DNA from: Amphiscolops sp. MND2022
Lineage: Eukaryota
Length of the DNA stretch: 64,000 nucleotides
Direction of reading: 5' to 3'
Assembly: GCA_964187785.1 (NCBI GenBank)
Contig: OZ076409.1
Location: forward strand, 99,016,001-99,080,000
Of the stretch, positions 1 to 10,977 are shown one piece after another; the stretch's first letter is position 1, and every line of letters starts with the position of its first letter. The position numbers and the translations under genes were made by a program. The notes beneath the pieces are model-generated. The model was not told where the DNA came from, made no database searches, and worked only from the letters and a program-made list of their open reading frames with translations.

Positions 1-31
1 CTTAATTTGTAATAAAAGTAGTGAAAAAAGT

Positions 32-1117
32 TTGTGTGATGATTGTAGTAATAAAAAAAGATGTAAAGACTGTAATATTATGAAGAATTGTAATACTTTT
101 TATTCATACAAAAATGGTAAAATATACTCTTCATGCATTCAATGTTTTAATAAAAAGGTGAGGTGTGAATTTTGTAATAAGGAATTAAATAAGAGTTATT
201 TAAGGTCACACATTAAAAAACAACACTATAAACAACACTATAATTATAATCAGCACTATAATCAGCATACTGGGGGCGGAGCTCTGCGTGATTTGCTTCC
301 GCGACAGCTATCGCGACAGCTACCGCGACAGCTATCACTAGAGCTACAGCGAGAGTTACCACGAGGCGTGTCTTCACACAGTAATAATAATAATGCGGAA
401 GCTAACGCGAAAGCTATCGCGAATAGCCCTGCGGGAGCTAACGCGGGAGCTAACGCGGGTGCTAATGCTAGTAGTGGTGTGAACGAAACTAATAGAACAT
501 TAATAGTTGGGCCATCATTTTGTGGTAAGACTCATTTGTTGTTGAATAAATTACGATTGATTCGTTTGGAAGATCCAGAGAAACAAATTCGTATCATTAC
601 AAGGAGTCCGGAACAATATGCAGGGCTACGCGAGGATGTGGAGCTTTATATTAGTGGAGCTTCGCAAGGCGCCTTGCAAGGAATAGAAGTGGAAGAAAAT
701 GTGGGGGATTTGGAAGAGTATAGGGGGTGTTGTGTAGTATTTGATGATATGTTAGACTCCAACCAGAAATTGATTGATCCATTTTTTACTAGGGGAAGAC
801 ACAAATCTTGTGATGTTTATTATTTATGTCAGAGTTATTTTGATGCACCAAAAAAGACAGTTAGGAACAATTCGAATATAATATTTTTATTTCAACAAAC
901 ACTGAAAGATGTAGAACATATTCATAGGGACATATCAGGTTTTGATATGTCTTATGAGGAATTCAAAAGTTTGTGTAGAGAAGCATGGAACGAAAAATTC
1001 AACTACCTTTTAATAAACAGATTGGAAGGTAAAAATGGGAGTAGGTACAGGATTTGTAATGAATCTAATCCAAATTACAAGATCTTTAATCCACAAACTG
1101 ATCCTTTAAGTAATTAG
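32..1117 (+). CDS. Polinton packaging ATPase (A32/FtsK-HerA family) with N-terminal Cys-rich/C2H2 zinc-finger region; true start may lie upstream
   Basis: Walker A GPSFCGKT, Walker B VVFDD, A32-type FTRGRH and QSYF..PK..RNN motifs; C2H2 CEFC..LRSHIKKQH. Confidence 0.9.
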   Translation: MCDDCSNKKRCKDCNIMKNCNTFYSYKNGKIYSSCIQCFNKKVRCEFCNKELNKSYLRSHIKKQHYKQHYNYNQHYNQHTGGGALRDLLPRQLSRQLPRQLSLELQRELPRGVSSHSNNNNAEANAKAIANSPAGANAGANAGANASSGVNETNRTLIVGPSFCGKTHLLLNKLRLIRLEDPEKQIRIITRSPEQYAGLREDVELYISGASQGALQGIEVEENVGDLEEYRGCCVVFDDMLDSNQKLIDPFFTRGRHKSCDVYYLCQSYFDAPKKTVRNNSNIIFLFQQTLKDVEHIHRDISGFDMSYEEFKSLCREAWNEKFNYLLINRLEGKNGSRYRICNESNPNYKIFNPQTDPLSN

Positions 1118-1133
1118 GGACTTCGTGACGAGA

Positions 1134-2333
1134 TTAGGAGATCAAGTTGCTTCGTGCGTAGCTCTGCATATTTTGGTGTTGAGAAGGTGATATGCATTCA
1201 TACTCCAATAACTTGTCTATAATTGCAATAATTTGTTCATTAATCAAAAAACTATCATTTCCTCCAACTTTTTCAAAATAAAGTAGTTTCAATTGATCCA
1301 CTAATTCGTCTGGGTCAGATGGGAGGAAAATGTACTGTTGTGTGGAACTTCGTGCGTAGCTTCGCGTGGAGCTTTCGCCATTTGCGTAGCTTCGTGATAG
1401 CTTTCGCGTTAGCTTCCGCAATCCACTTCCTGTGAAGCCCTGCGTAGCTTCGCGTGATTGACCCTGTGTAGAGCTCCCCGCGAAGCCCTGCAAATCATGT
1501 GCTTGTGCAGAGCTCCCCACGAAGCCTTGCGTGTAGTCCTGTGCAGAGCTCCCCACGAAGCCTTGCGTGTGGCCCTGTGCAGAGCTCCCCGCGAAGCCTT
1601 GCGTGTAGCCCTGCAATTGATAGCGAGAGTATAATTCTTTAATAAATTGATATCTGATTGATTTTTTATCTCCATAATTTAGATCATATTTCATATCATT
1701 TAAGAAGTTATAAATTGAGTCCCAGTTATTTATTTGTTTGTCAAATTGTGTATTAGTTATAAAATATTGAAGATCTGGGTCATTTAAATTGTATGAATTC
1801 CCATTCTCGAAAGTTATTGTTGAACCTTTGATTAGTACTTGTTGTGGGTTATGGGGATTAATTGTGAATAAATTTGCGTTAGCTATCGCGGAGCTGTGTG
1901 CGGAGCTACGCGGATAGCCTTCTATGGGTTCTAAACTAAATTGACTTTTGTTTTTGTCGTTAAGTAAATTAGAAACTGTTTTTACAATACTAGAATCAAC
2001 CTGGTTGGAATTAACAAGACTTATAAGAAGCTGATTATTATGATTTGTAATTTCATCATATTGTTTTATTCCTTCTTTAATAGAATTTTGCATGGCTACG
2101 CGAAGAGTATTATTATTGTGTTCTATTGCTCTTGTCTGATTTTCAATGGCTTGTAGTTGTTTTTCATTTGATTCCACCTGCTTTGTAGTAACAGGTTCAA
2201 AAACTTCTTCAAGGTCATAATGAAAGTCTTGCTTCCCTAGTTTCTCTTTTAATCTTTCTTTGCGTACTAAAGATTTTGTTTCTTGTAATTTTTTTAATTT
2301 TTCCAAGTCATCTCGGGTGTGAATTGAATACAT
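1134..2333 (-). CDS. Polinton-associated protein of unknown function with an internal 12-aa tandem repeat
   Basis: 399-aa ORF. C-terminal LPSDPDELVDQLKLL...GN...NEQIIAIIDKL resembles a motif recurrent in Polinton-like elements; N-terminal coiled-coil. Confidence 0.65.
   Translation of the reverse strand: MYSIHTRDDLEKLKKLQETKSLVRKERLKEKLGKQDFHYDLEEVFEPVTTKQVESNEKQLQAIENQTRAIEHNNNTLRVAMQNSIKEGIKQYDEITNHNNQLLISLVNSNQVDSSIVKTVSNLLNDKNKSQFSLEPIEGYPRSSAHSSAIANANLFTINPHNPQQVLIKGSTITFENGNSYNLNDPDLQYFITNTQFDKQINNWDSIYNFLNDMKYDLNYGDKKSIRYQFIKELYSRYQLQGYTQGFAGSSAQGHTQGFVGSSAQDYTQGFVGSSAQAHDLQGFAGSSTQGQSREATQGFTGSGLRKLTRKLSRSYANGESSTRSYARSSTQQYIFLPSDPDELVDQLKLLYFEKVGGNDSFLINEQIIAIIDKLLEYECISPSQHQNMQSYARSNLIS
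1430..1615. repeat. 36-bp GC-rich tandem repeat encoding GF(A/V)GSSAQ(G/D)xTQ
   Basis: About five imperfect units visible in both the DNA and the translation of 1134..2333. Confidence 0.85.
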
Positions 2334-2359
2334 TTATTAAGTATAATTAATGCATATAA

Positions 2360-2872
2360 CTAGTGGATTTTCCCCAGATACAGGCCTTTACTATTAGTTC
2401 TTGCTTTTCTGTTTGTGTTGCTTGTGTTAGCTGCTTTGCTGCCGCTTGCGTTGCCTGCTTTGCTGCGATAGCTTCCGCCTTTACTCGACAATGCTTCAGC
2501 TTTGTATAGGCCCTTCCCTTGATGAACAAATTTAATAACATCGGGGGCAGTTGCGGCAATTAATCGTGGATTTTTACTTGCTGCTGCAGTTCCAATATTT
2601 GCTGCTATTTCTAGAGCTCTTGCTGGGTTATTGAGTATTTTCTTTCCAACATTTTTGGCTGCAGAACCTAAATGTTTGAAAAAGTCTCCCAATCCTTCCG
2701 CATCTACTGTTCGGTCAGATACAATTAGACTCTTATTTCTGTTACATATCATGCAGTTGCCACGTAATATTTTTACGGGCCTGCCCATCTGCATCCCAGT
2801 GTTTGTAATATCTCCATAAACATTGTGGTGGGAGAATAATGTTTTCCACCAACACAATATGAATTATTTATA
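2360..2872 (-). pseudogene. Small Polinton protein: zinc-ribbon-like N-terminus plus amphipathic helix; frameshift near 2825
   Basis: The upstream frame reads NNSYCVGGKHYSPT and shifts into ...GNCMICNRNKS...GLGDFFKHLGSAAKNVGKKIL (amphipathic). Confidence 0.55.
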
Positions 2873-2907
2873 AATTTATTATAACTCATTTATTATTATT
2901 AAAAGTA

Positions 2908-4238
2908 TTAAATTTTGATAATTTGAATTGTGAAGGTGAGTGTCTCCCCGTTGAAATCAACTGAATCATGATTAGAGTCCTCAAGGAAAAATTGAATGGT
3001 GTCCAGTCGTGTTTTGTTAATTGATTTGTACAAAACAGTTGTGGGTTCTTTTATAATTTTATCTCCGGGAGGTGCGCTTAAATTAAATGAAAATAAAATT
3101 TGTTCTCGTATACCATTAACAATTGAGCCATCTACACAGTCGCACTTCAGATGAACTTTGTCGGTGGTTGTTATCATGACTGGTTTTTCTGAAGTGTGAG
3201 TTCCGGGTGGGTATACTGTGTGTGTAAAGCCCAAGACTGTGTTAAGTTTGGAGTTAAATTGAATATTGTTTGAGGTTGTTAAAACTGATTTCATTGATAT
3301 TGTGTCAGGTATTAAATCAAATTTGAACTCATAATCACTTTCATTAATTTTTTGTTTAATAGCATTATTTATATCAACTAGTTCATAAACTCCTGGTGTT
3401 AGATAAATTTCAAAGAAATCGTTTTCAACAATGTCAAAAGGGGGTAAATTTATTTGATTTATTTGGTTTGCTTGGTTTACTTGGTTTACTTCGCCATCTG
3501 CGTCATCTTCGTCATCTTCGTGATTTTCTTGGGTTGTTTGTGACTTTCCGCGCGAAGCTGTGTTACTTGTCGCGGTAGCTGTCGCGGTAGCTGTCGCGTC
3601 CTCCAAAATTATTTCCTCCCACTTTATTTCTTTCCAATTTATTTTTACCTGTTTTAGGTGATCTTTGTATTCTTTAATTATTCTTTCTCGATTTAGTTTT
3701 TCTTGGTTTAATTTTTCTTGGTTTATTGTTTCCTGGTTGAGGCGATTGTTGTATATTTCATTGAGTGATTTAACTATCTTTGTTAAATAATCAAAATCTA
3801 TTCTAGTAAGTTTATTCTTTTTAGAATAACTATTAGTAATAAGTTTATTGGCCTTTTCTACAAATTCATTATACTCACTAAGTGTGTAAGGTTTACCAAA
3901 ATAAGTAACGTATAAATCTTCAACAAACAGTATTAATCCACTATCAAGTTTAAGTTCTTTGAGTTGCTGATCATTCAGAATAATTTGTAGTTTGTTATTC
4001 TTTTCAGTAATGTTATATACAGTGTTGTATACTTCTAAACTTGTTACTCCCGTCATCCATTTTCAGGCAGTAATAATGGAACATCAAATGAGAAAGATTC
4101 TTTTTGTTTAGTCATTTTAAATTCTAGAGTTTCTTGTGGTTTAGAATGAGTATTTTCAACAATTTCTTGATTAGATTTTGCAATACTTAAAAGAAGAGAT
4201 TCTTTTTTATCATATGTTACGAAGGTGGATAGATCCAT
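2908..4238 (-). pseudogene. Penton-like minor capsid protein (Polinton PX), frameshifted at ~4055
   Basis: ORFs 4053..4238 and 2908..4056 join as FSFDVPLLL..WMTGVTSLEVYNTVYNITEKNNK. C-terminus HLKCDCVDGSIVNG...PPG.KIIKEP...LY...DFNGE is typical of Polinton minor capsids. Confidence 0.8.
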
Positions 4239-4241
4239 TTA

Positions 4242-4448
4242 TTATAGATTAAATTGTTTGAATCCACTAGCGGAAATGTTATTTATAAATTCTTGTCTAT
4301 CTTTTGATAATGTTTTCTTATGCGATAGCTTTCGCAAATTTGTTGTATTTTTCCCATGATTTTGATTGTGAAGCTGTTCTGTGGGGCTGTGCGCGGAGCT
4401 GTGCGAGATAATTTTATATTGAGTTGAATAATTATTAATTTTCTTCAT
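4242..4448 (-). CDS. Small basic Polinton ORF of unknown function
   Basis: 68 aa, packed between the protease and penton genes; its start overlaps the protease stop (ATGA). Confidence 0.35.
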   Translation of the reverse strand: MKKINNYSTQYKIISHSSAHSPTEQLHNQNHGKNTTNLRKLSHKKTLSKDRQEFINNISASGFKQFNL

Positions 4449-4888
4449 TTATTAAGTTTGAAAGTTTGGTAGTATAAATTTAGTACTGCATTTTTGAACC
4501 CAATTTTATTTGTGAGATACAGTGTGTATAAACAATACGCCGCGCAATAACTGTCGTTGGTCTGAATTTGATATTCTGAATAAATACCATTTTTAATATG
4601 ATTAAGTATATTAGTTGGGGGTGGGCATCCATATGAATCAAAATAATTTTGATTTGTAAACATAACCCAATATGTTCCCACTGAGGGATGTAAGTTAACT
4701 ATACCACTGGTAGTGTTAAACTTATCATCTCTCATGTATATTCCACATGGAATATTTAATTCATTAAGTATTTCTTTTATTTTTACATTGGAAGTTGCTT
4801 CGTTTTTTAATCCATATTTTTCAACAAAGTCTTTGAATGAGAGGTAATTGTGAAGCTGTGTTAGCTGTCGCGATAGCTGTCGCGCCAT
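4445..4888 (-). CDS. Adenain-like (C5/Ulp-fold) maturation cysteine protease; catalytic His apparently replaced by Tyr
   Basis: GIVNL...GTYWV (normally GTHWV), YFDSYG, QIQ....YCAAYC motifs. Confidence 0.85.
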   Translation of the reverse strand: MARQLSRQLTQLHNYLSFKDFVEKYGLKNEATSNVKIKEILNELNIPCGIYMRDDKFNTTSGIVNLHPSVGTYWVMFTNQNYFDSYGCPPPTNILNHIKNGIYSEYQIQTNDSYCAAYCLYTLYLTNKIGFKNAVLNLYYQTFKLNK

Positions 4889-5676
4889 TTATTAGTTATT
4901 TTTCATTGTTGTGTGTGCAACGTTGACATTAAACTATAGAGGTTAGTGAATTTTAGAGATTAGCATGCTTCATGGTAAAAACACTATTTTGCGGGAGCTT
5001 TCGCGGGAGCTTTCGCGATGATTTGTTTTCTAAAAAGTGCTTGCGAAGCCCTGCAAAATCAATGGTTTTGGCGTAGCTTCGCGAAGCTTCGCGGACTTTT
5101 AATTTTTGGGGTTTTGTGGGGCTTCGCGGTAGTCTAAATTGGAAACCCCTTGATTTTAATGATCTGTTTTGGAAAAATACCTTAAAATCAAGGGTTTTGA
5201 GTACTTTTAATTTTTGGGGTTTTTGTGGCCCGTATCGGGATTTCCTATACTACTATCAACACTATGCTATTTTGTTTTTAAAAAGTATGTCATTTGTACT
5301 CAATCTTTTAAAAAACGCGTATCAAAATACATAATTATTTGATCACTAAACCCTACTACTATACTTCAGTGGATTTATTCAATTTTTGGAGTAATAATTA
5401 TAAATCTACACAAAAAAGTATAGATCAATTATTAACATTTTTTTTAAAAAAGCAAACAACAATGACTTGACAACAAAAAGTGAAGGATCAGGATCACTCT
5501 AATTAAAATAGGACCCTCTAAAAGTCTGGAAAAAAGGTTCCAGGAAAAATACAAATGAGGTTCCAAGATTGAGACTCTGTGTTGACTTATTGAAATTTAA
5601 GGAATCAACACAACTCCTGAACATTTTCTAGAATATTTCTTCTTATAAAGACTCTGTTGCACACTTTACTGTAAAT

Positions 5677-5991
5677 CAGAGTTTTGACATCGCTAATTTT
5701 TCCGCTAATCGCTAAACCTCTAATTTCAAAACCGGTTTTTGCTGAAAAACTTCTCTGCAAACTATTAAATGTTTGAAGTCAAGTATGTTTTAAATACAAA
5801 CGATAACTTAATTCGATTTTTGCAAGAAAAAATTTGGATTTTTATACTGTTTGGGTTTTGCAGACGAAGAGTAGGAATTTGTCGAAATTCATTTTGAAAC
5901 TCCGTGTATTTCCGAAATTCTGAATTTGGACAATCTATTATTTGCTGCTTAAATTGCAAATACAATTCTGATTAGCGGTGTCAAAACTGTG
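5677..5991. mobile_element. hAT-like MITE (CAG(A/G)GTTTTGACA family)
   Basis: Ends CAGAGTTTTGACA / TGTCAAAACTGTG; same family as 54982-55314; TSD degenerate. Confidence 0.55.
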
Positions 5992-6334
5992 CTGTGACTA
6001 AATGACAGTCAAGTAGAATTCTGGATAATTCGTACAAAACATGTAAACAGCACTTTTTCTCATTTGAAGTTGTCAGGAGTTGAAATAGGACTTAACTCAA
6101 AAAAATTACATAACAGACAACACAGAAAGGGCAAACAAAAATGCAAGTTTTTACGCCGGAAAATATTTTCCAATAGTATAAAGCATCGTAAGTGAATTTC
6201 GAAAATCGCGCAGAATCGTTTCTGCAGCAAGAAAGAGAAAAATATAAAATTTCAAGTCTCACAGAGCAGAAATCTCTGAATCGATTCGAAACCTCACTTT
6301 TTTACAGTGAGGTGTAAAATAAATCGGATATAAC

Positions 6335-9300
6335 GTGAATGATTCGAATAAAACAAGGGTCACGCATACTTCTAAGAGTTGCATTGATCACATGATAACC
6401 CAAAATGTAATTTGCACTGAAACTCTACCGACCACCATTAGTGATCATTTTACTGTTTTACTTCATTTTACTGAGGAACATTCCTTCGATAGAAAAACAG
6501 CTTCGAACCAAACAATGACTAGGAACACAAAAAATCTGAAAGGACACAACGCATTGAATTTTTTTTCTTATTAGATCAAAAATTGAAGCAAATTGACAAA
6601 TAAACATCGGCTGAACATCATGTGCAATCCATTGGTAACTCTGTCAGGGAATGTGTAGGTTAATTTGCACCGCTGCGCGTCTGTTCGAGTAAAGAGCCTT
6701 CCAATCAATGGATAACTAACAAATCAAAAACGCAATCACAAAACGTAACCAACTGTTCCAGACTTGGGTTGAAAAGCCATCAAAAAGTAATCATGATGAT
6801 TACAAGTCGTTTAGAAACAAAGTTTGTTCCATGATTCGTGAAGCTAAGAAAAACATAGGCGCAAAGGAATTTGCGCACGGCTTCGAGCGACAGGTCCCGC
6901 AGCCATAATTGACTATCATCATGTGCATTTGAACCATATTACCAAGTTATTAGCTATGACGAATAGCTAAGGTTATATACGGCACGAGAATGCTCAAAAT
7001 ACAATGAAATTGAAAAGAATTGCGGGTATTAATCCTATGAAGCTTAACTTTTTCGGCCTTTACCACTATATAAAAGGAAGGGCTGCCCTAGTTATCAATA
7101 GGACGGTTGATATGTGCCATCACTAGCAAGTATACTTTCAGTTCTAAAAATTAGCTGAATTGTGCATCAAACAACCTTCCAGCATCAGTGGGCACCGTTG
7201 GAAACGTATTCCAGAGGATGAATAACCTGTTAAAATTTGCGAATGGGGCAAAATCACGAAAAGATCCGAAATCATTTTTGTTTTCAATACAACGTAGTTG
7301 AATATCATTGCACAGCGAGGTGTCAATATAACTTAGTGTTGTTTTGATTTAATCGTTGCATATGACACCAAATCTCTCAGGAATATTGCGGTAATGCGTA
7401 ATACCTTCTGTGCAGATATTCACTGGATAGAATACGTTAAGAACGGAAATTTCGCGGTTTTACGCTTCAAACAACCACATCATCAATAACTAACGGTGAG
7501 TATGTACTCCAGTGGTCCAATATGATCTCACTCTCGAAAACCCATACATCGAGAGGTCTGAAAAAAACTTTGGTTTCCGACATCAAAAATGGACAAAAAA
7601 ACTATTCACCGAAAATTTTACAGGCATGAGACAAAGCAAATCAATGAGCAATTATGGAGTATATGATTCAATGTACATTGCCGATAGGTCTTCGAGCATT
7701 TTTACATTTTCTACTAGCAGTATAAATAAATAAAAACCTTCCAAGGATGAAGTCAGCATTTTTACCAACAGCCGTGCAAATAAGACAGTAGGAGGGTTAC
7801 TAGGGGTAATCAGACCGCAATCTATGCATTTTTGCAAGACCGATCCGGTAACTTCGTCTATTTCACTCCTTCCTAAGATTAGTTTGGAAAATGTATATTT
7901 AAAAATTGAAGGATCAAATATTCATTTATTTCAAGATTCGTAGTAAAGCACAATTTGTATAATATACAATGAACTGCCCGAAAATCCAACAACATTTAAA
8001 TCTTCACCAACAAATTCAGTTCCAACAATTTGTTGAGTTTTTGGATGGTCTCGAAGTATTAGGCTCCGAGAAAATAGGCCAAAACTTTTACAAAATTGAA
8101 TAAAGAGAGCAATTTATCAAAAATTCAAAAAATTTGAAAACTTTTTTGTCTCTATCTGTCCGACGTAAACGTTGTGACTTTCCAATTTCTAACTTTGGGC
8201 AGCTAAGCAGACCTGTTATCGAGTAGAAACACCACTGCTTGGATTAGAACTGATTGCTACTTGAAAATAGGTTGAGAAATTTTTTACGCAAAAAAACCGA
8301 AAATTTTTCCTATTTTTAATGGTCATTTTCGCAAAGCCCAATAATTCTAGGATAAAAAAACTTTCACCAAAATAAAGAAAACATCGTTTTACGTCGGTTA
8401 GTACCTACATCGGGCCAATTCGCTGTGGTTTGCGAAAAGAAAAATAGCAAAATCGACAAAAACCCTAAAAATTTTCGAAAATTTCGCGCTTTCGAAGCTA
8501 ATAAAATCGCGCCGGTGGAAAATTTTCGGAAAGTTTTTACACGGTTAGAAAGAGCATCAAGTTGCGTTTCTTTTTGGAAAGTTTGGATGGTCGCGGAAAA
8601 ATAGGCTCTGAGAAAATAGCCTTCAATTAATACAAATGCAGAGGGTATGTCACGCGAAAAAAAAACCAAAACGCTAGTAAACGCGGAACAATAGAGACTT
8701 CGTCGCTTCGCTTCGCTCGCTCGAAGCCTCAAAAAGATAAAATCAGAAAACTTGGCATTAAATCCCACTGCACGAGCAATAAATAGGAATTTAAAAACTC
8801 AGAAAAACAATGATCAGCAACCTAATGAACTTCCTGATTTAGAAAAATTGAATGAATTTTTTGTAACTATTGGGACAACATTGTCATCTAGGGTGCCACA
8901 AACAGCGTATCTTTCGGGGGCCTTTAAGTGACAAAACTTTGTTCATGGAACCCACTGGAGAGTTCGAAGTTGCAAGTGTCATCAAAGCATTGAAAAACAA
9001 GAAAAGCTGTGGTATGGAATCAGTAATGAAATTTTGAAATGCTGCTCACCCATTATTCAACGTCATCTCGCACGTGCTTTTAAGAAGTGCATAGATGAAG
9101 GTGTATTTCCAGATATTTTCAAAACTGCCAAAAATTGTACCATTGTTAAAGGAAGGGGAGAAAAAAAATCTCGCATATTATCGTCCAATTAGCCTGCTAA
9201 GCTCTTTGAGTAAAGTGTTTGAGAAAATCTTACAAAATCCAATGCTACGTTTTACTGAGAAAAACAACTCAATTTGTCCCTTGCAATATGGATTCAGAAA

Positions 9301-10480
9301 TAACATGTATGTCTTGTGATGAAGCTATCGCTGCAATAACAGAATTCACTCGTATGGAAAAAGATAAGAAAGCACAAGGTCCAGCTTGCTTGTTTGATTT
9401 GCAAAAAGCTTTCGATACGTTGGATCATGATATTTTATTGAAGAAATTTAGATTATGGCTTCAGAGGGAAAATTTTTGAAATTTTGAAAGATTATCTTTC
9501 AGACAGTAGGCAGTACATCAGTCATAACGGTGTTTGCACGGAAAAGCTCAAAATTGTGTCTGGTGTTCCCCAGGGCTCCGTCTTGGGTCCCTTTCTGTTT
9601 TTTTTTGTATATTAATGACATTCATTTGTGTATGGGAAAAAATGTACGATGGCCATGTTTGCAGATGATACAACAATTTTTAGTTCGAAACGCAAAAGTT
9701 CTTGTTCAATTCAATCAGATATGAACTATTTATCGCAGTGATTTTGTCAAAATAGACTTAGTATAAACAGAGATAAATGCGAAGCAGTTGCGTTCGGACG
9801 CGGTCATCCCAATGAAATTTTGATATTAGACAAAAAAGGGCCTTATTCGAACGGGTGCAAGTATTTAGGTGATTACGTGGACAAAACGTTGCGCTTCAGA
9901 GAACATACTGATTACGTCGTTAAAAAACTCAATAAATTCTGTGGCCTAATATATCGCGTACGTCATATGTATACCCAAAAGTGTCTACTGTTTTATAACT
10001 CCTTTGCAAAGTCCAGCATTTGTTATGGATTACTAATATACGGTTCTGCTGCCAAAATAAACTTGTCGAAAATTGAAAAAGCGCAACGAAGAATTTTGCG
10101 AGCTTTTTTTTCAAGAAGAAATTTGATTCTCTACATGATCTTCTTAGAACGAACGAAATTCTGACAGTTTTTGAACTTTTCATATTCGAGAACATCAAAG
10201 GGCTTTTCAGGCAGCTGATGTCAGAAGCACCTAAAACTTTCATAAGGCTAGGCGCCAATGACGTCGGAGCATATACAACTCGATGGATTATGAAATAAAT
10301 TGATGCCAGCAAAATACAGTCGGACTTTTCTTCGCTTAACTTAAAATTGGTTAATGGAAGCAGAATTGATTCCAATAGATTTGAGGAAACTATCAACCTA
10401 TCAAGTTAAAAAGCTCATCACAAATATAACCGCGAACTATGTAATCGACAACAAGCATTTCTTTGCATATTACTTTGAAA
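6335..10480 (+). pseudogene. Decayed non-LTR retrotransposon ORF2 (APE C-terminus plus RT; CR1/L2-like group), interrupted at 6854-8730
   Basis: SCIDH..ISDH endonuclease end; YRPISLLS, FDLQKAFDT, GVPQGSVLGP, FADDT and KYLG motifs spread across frames with many stops and frameshifts. Confidence 0.85.
6854..8730 (-). mobile_element. Helentron-type non-autonomous element (DINE/HINE-like), 1.9 kb, inserted in an A-run of the LINE
   Basis: Hairpin GCGCAAA-GGAA-TTTGCGC (6859-6876); sub-terminal IRs GGCTTCGAGCGA (6879-6890) / TCGCTCGAAGCC (8717-8728); terminal palindrome GAGACTTCG...CGAAGCCTC. LINE coding sequence resumes after removal (EAKKKDKIRKLGI). Confidence 0.75.
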
Positions 10481-10804
10481 AGGAATTACGCTGATAATGA
10501 AGTTTTTCGGTAGTAGTGCTTAACGTAAGTAAAGTTCTTGAGGGCGGTAATAGTTGTGGAACATCGTTTCAAAAAAATTTCCGAATTTGGTTTTTCAGGG
10601 CAGGAACTTTGACGAGCCAATAGGCTCTTTTCCTGTCCACATTGATTTCTTTCATTCCAAGTCATATGTATTTTGGTTTTTTGTGTAATGATCCCAATCA
10701 AATGAACTTTTTCTTTCTTTCTTTCTAAAACGCATATTCGTGTCATGCAAATTATATCAGAAAATGCTATTAGTATAGTTTGATTCGAAAACATGAAAAA
10801 GTGA

Positions 10805-10876
10805 GGTCCTGATCGAGATTTGAACTCGCGTACTCCTGCTTTCGAGTCTCACACCCTAAACACTGGACCAAGTGGC
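10805..10876 (-). pseudogene. tRNA-derived sequence (SINE head or tRNA pseudogene)
   Basis: Minus strand has A-box-like TGGTCCAGTG and B-box-like GAGTTCAAATC; stems are degenerate. Confidence 0.45.
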
Positions 10877-10977
10877 TGACAATTAAACTTCAGTCGAAAT
10901 TCAAGTTCTGGCTGGCAGAAAAGAATTTGAAAAATTGAAAAGAATTTTAAAGAAAGCGAAAAATTATGATAATTAAA

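Larger units (their letters stand above)
1..5365. mobile_element. Right end of a Polinton/Maverick (adintovirus-like) element, degenerating; extends left beyond the window
   Basis: Intronless, tightly packed ORFs for an A32-like ATPase, a penton-like protein and an adenain-like protease. Candidate termini are ...CTACTACTATACT at 5365 or ...CTATACTACT at 5254, resembling AGT-repeat Polinton ends. PolB, integrase and major capsid are not in the window. Confidence 0.85.

Noticed and set aside
1409..1675. 88-aa overlapping ORF with RATRKASWGALH repeats
   Set aside because: Alternative frame of the 36-bp repeat within ORF 1134..2333.
10805..10876. Functional tRNA gene (also ~21960, 35640, 45700)
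   Set aside because: A/B-box remnants only; a proper cloverleaf could not be formed by eye.
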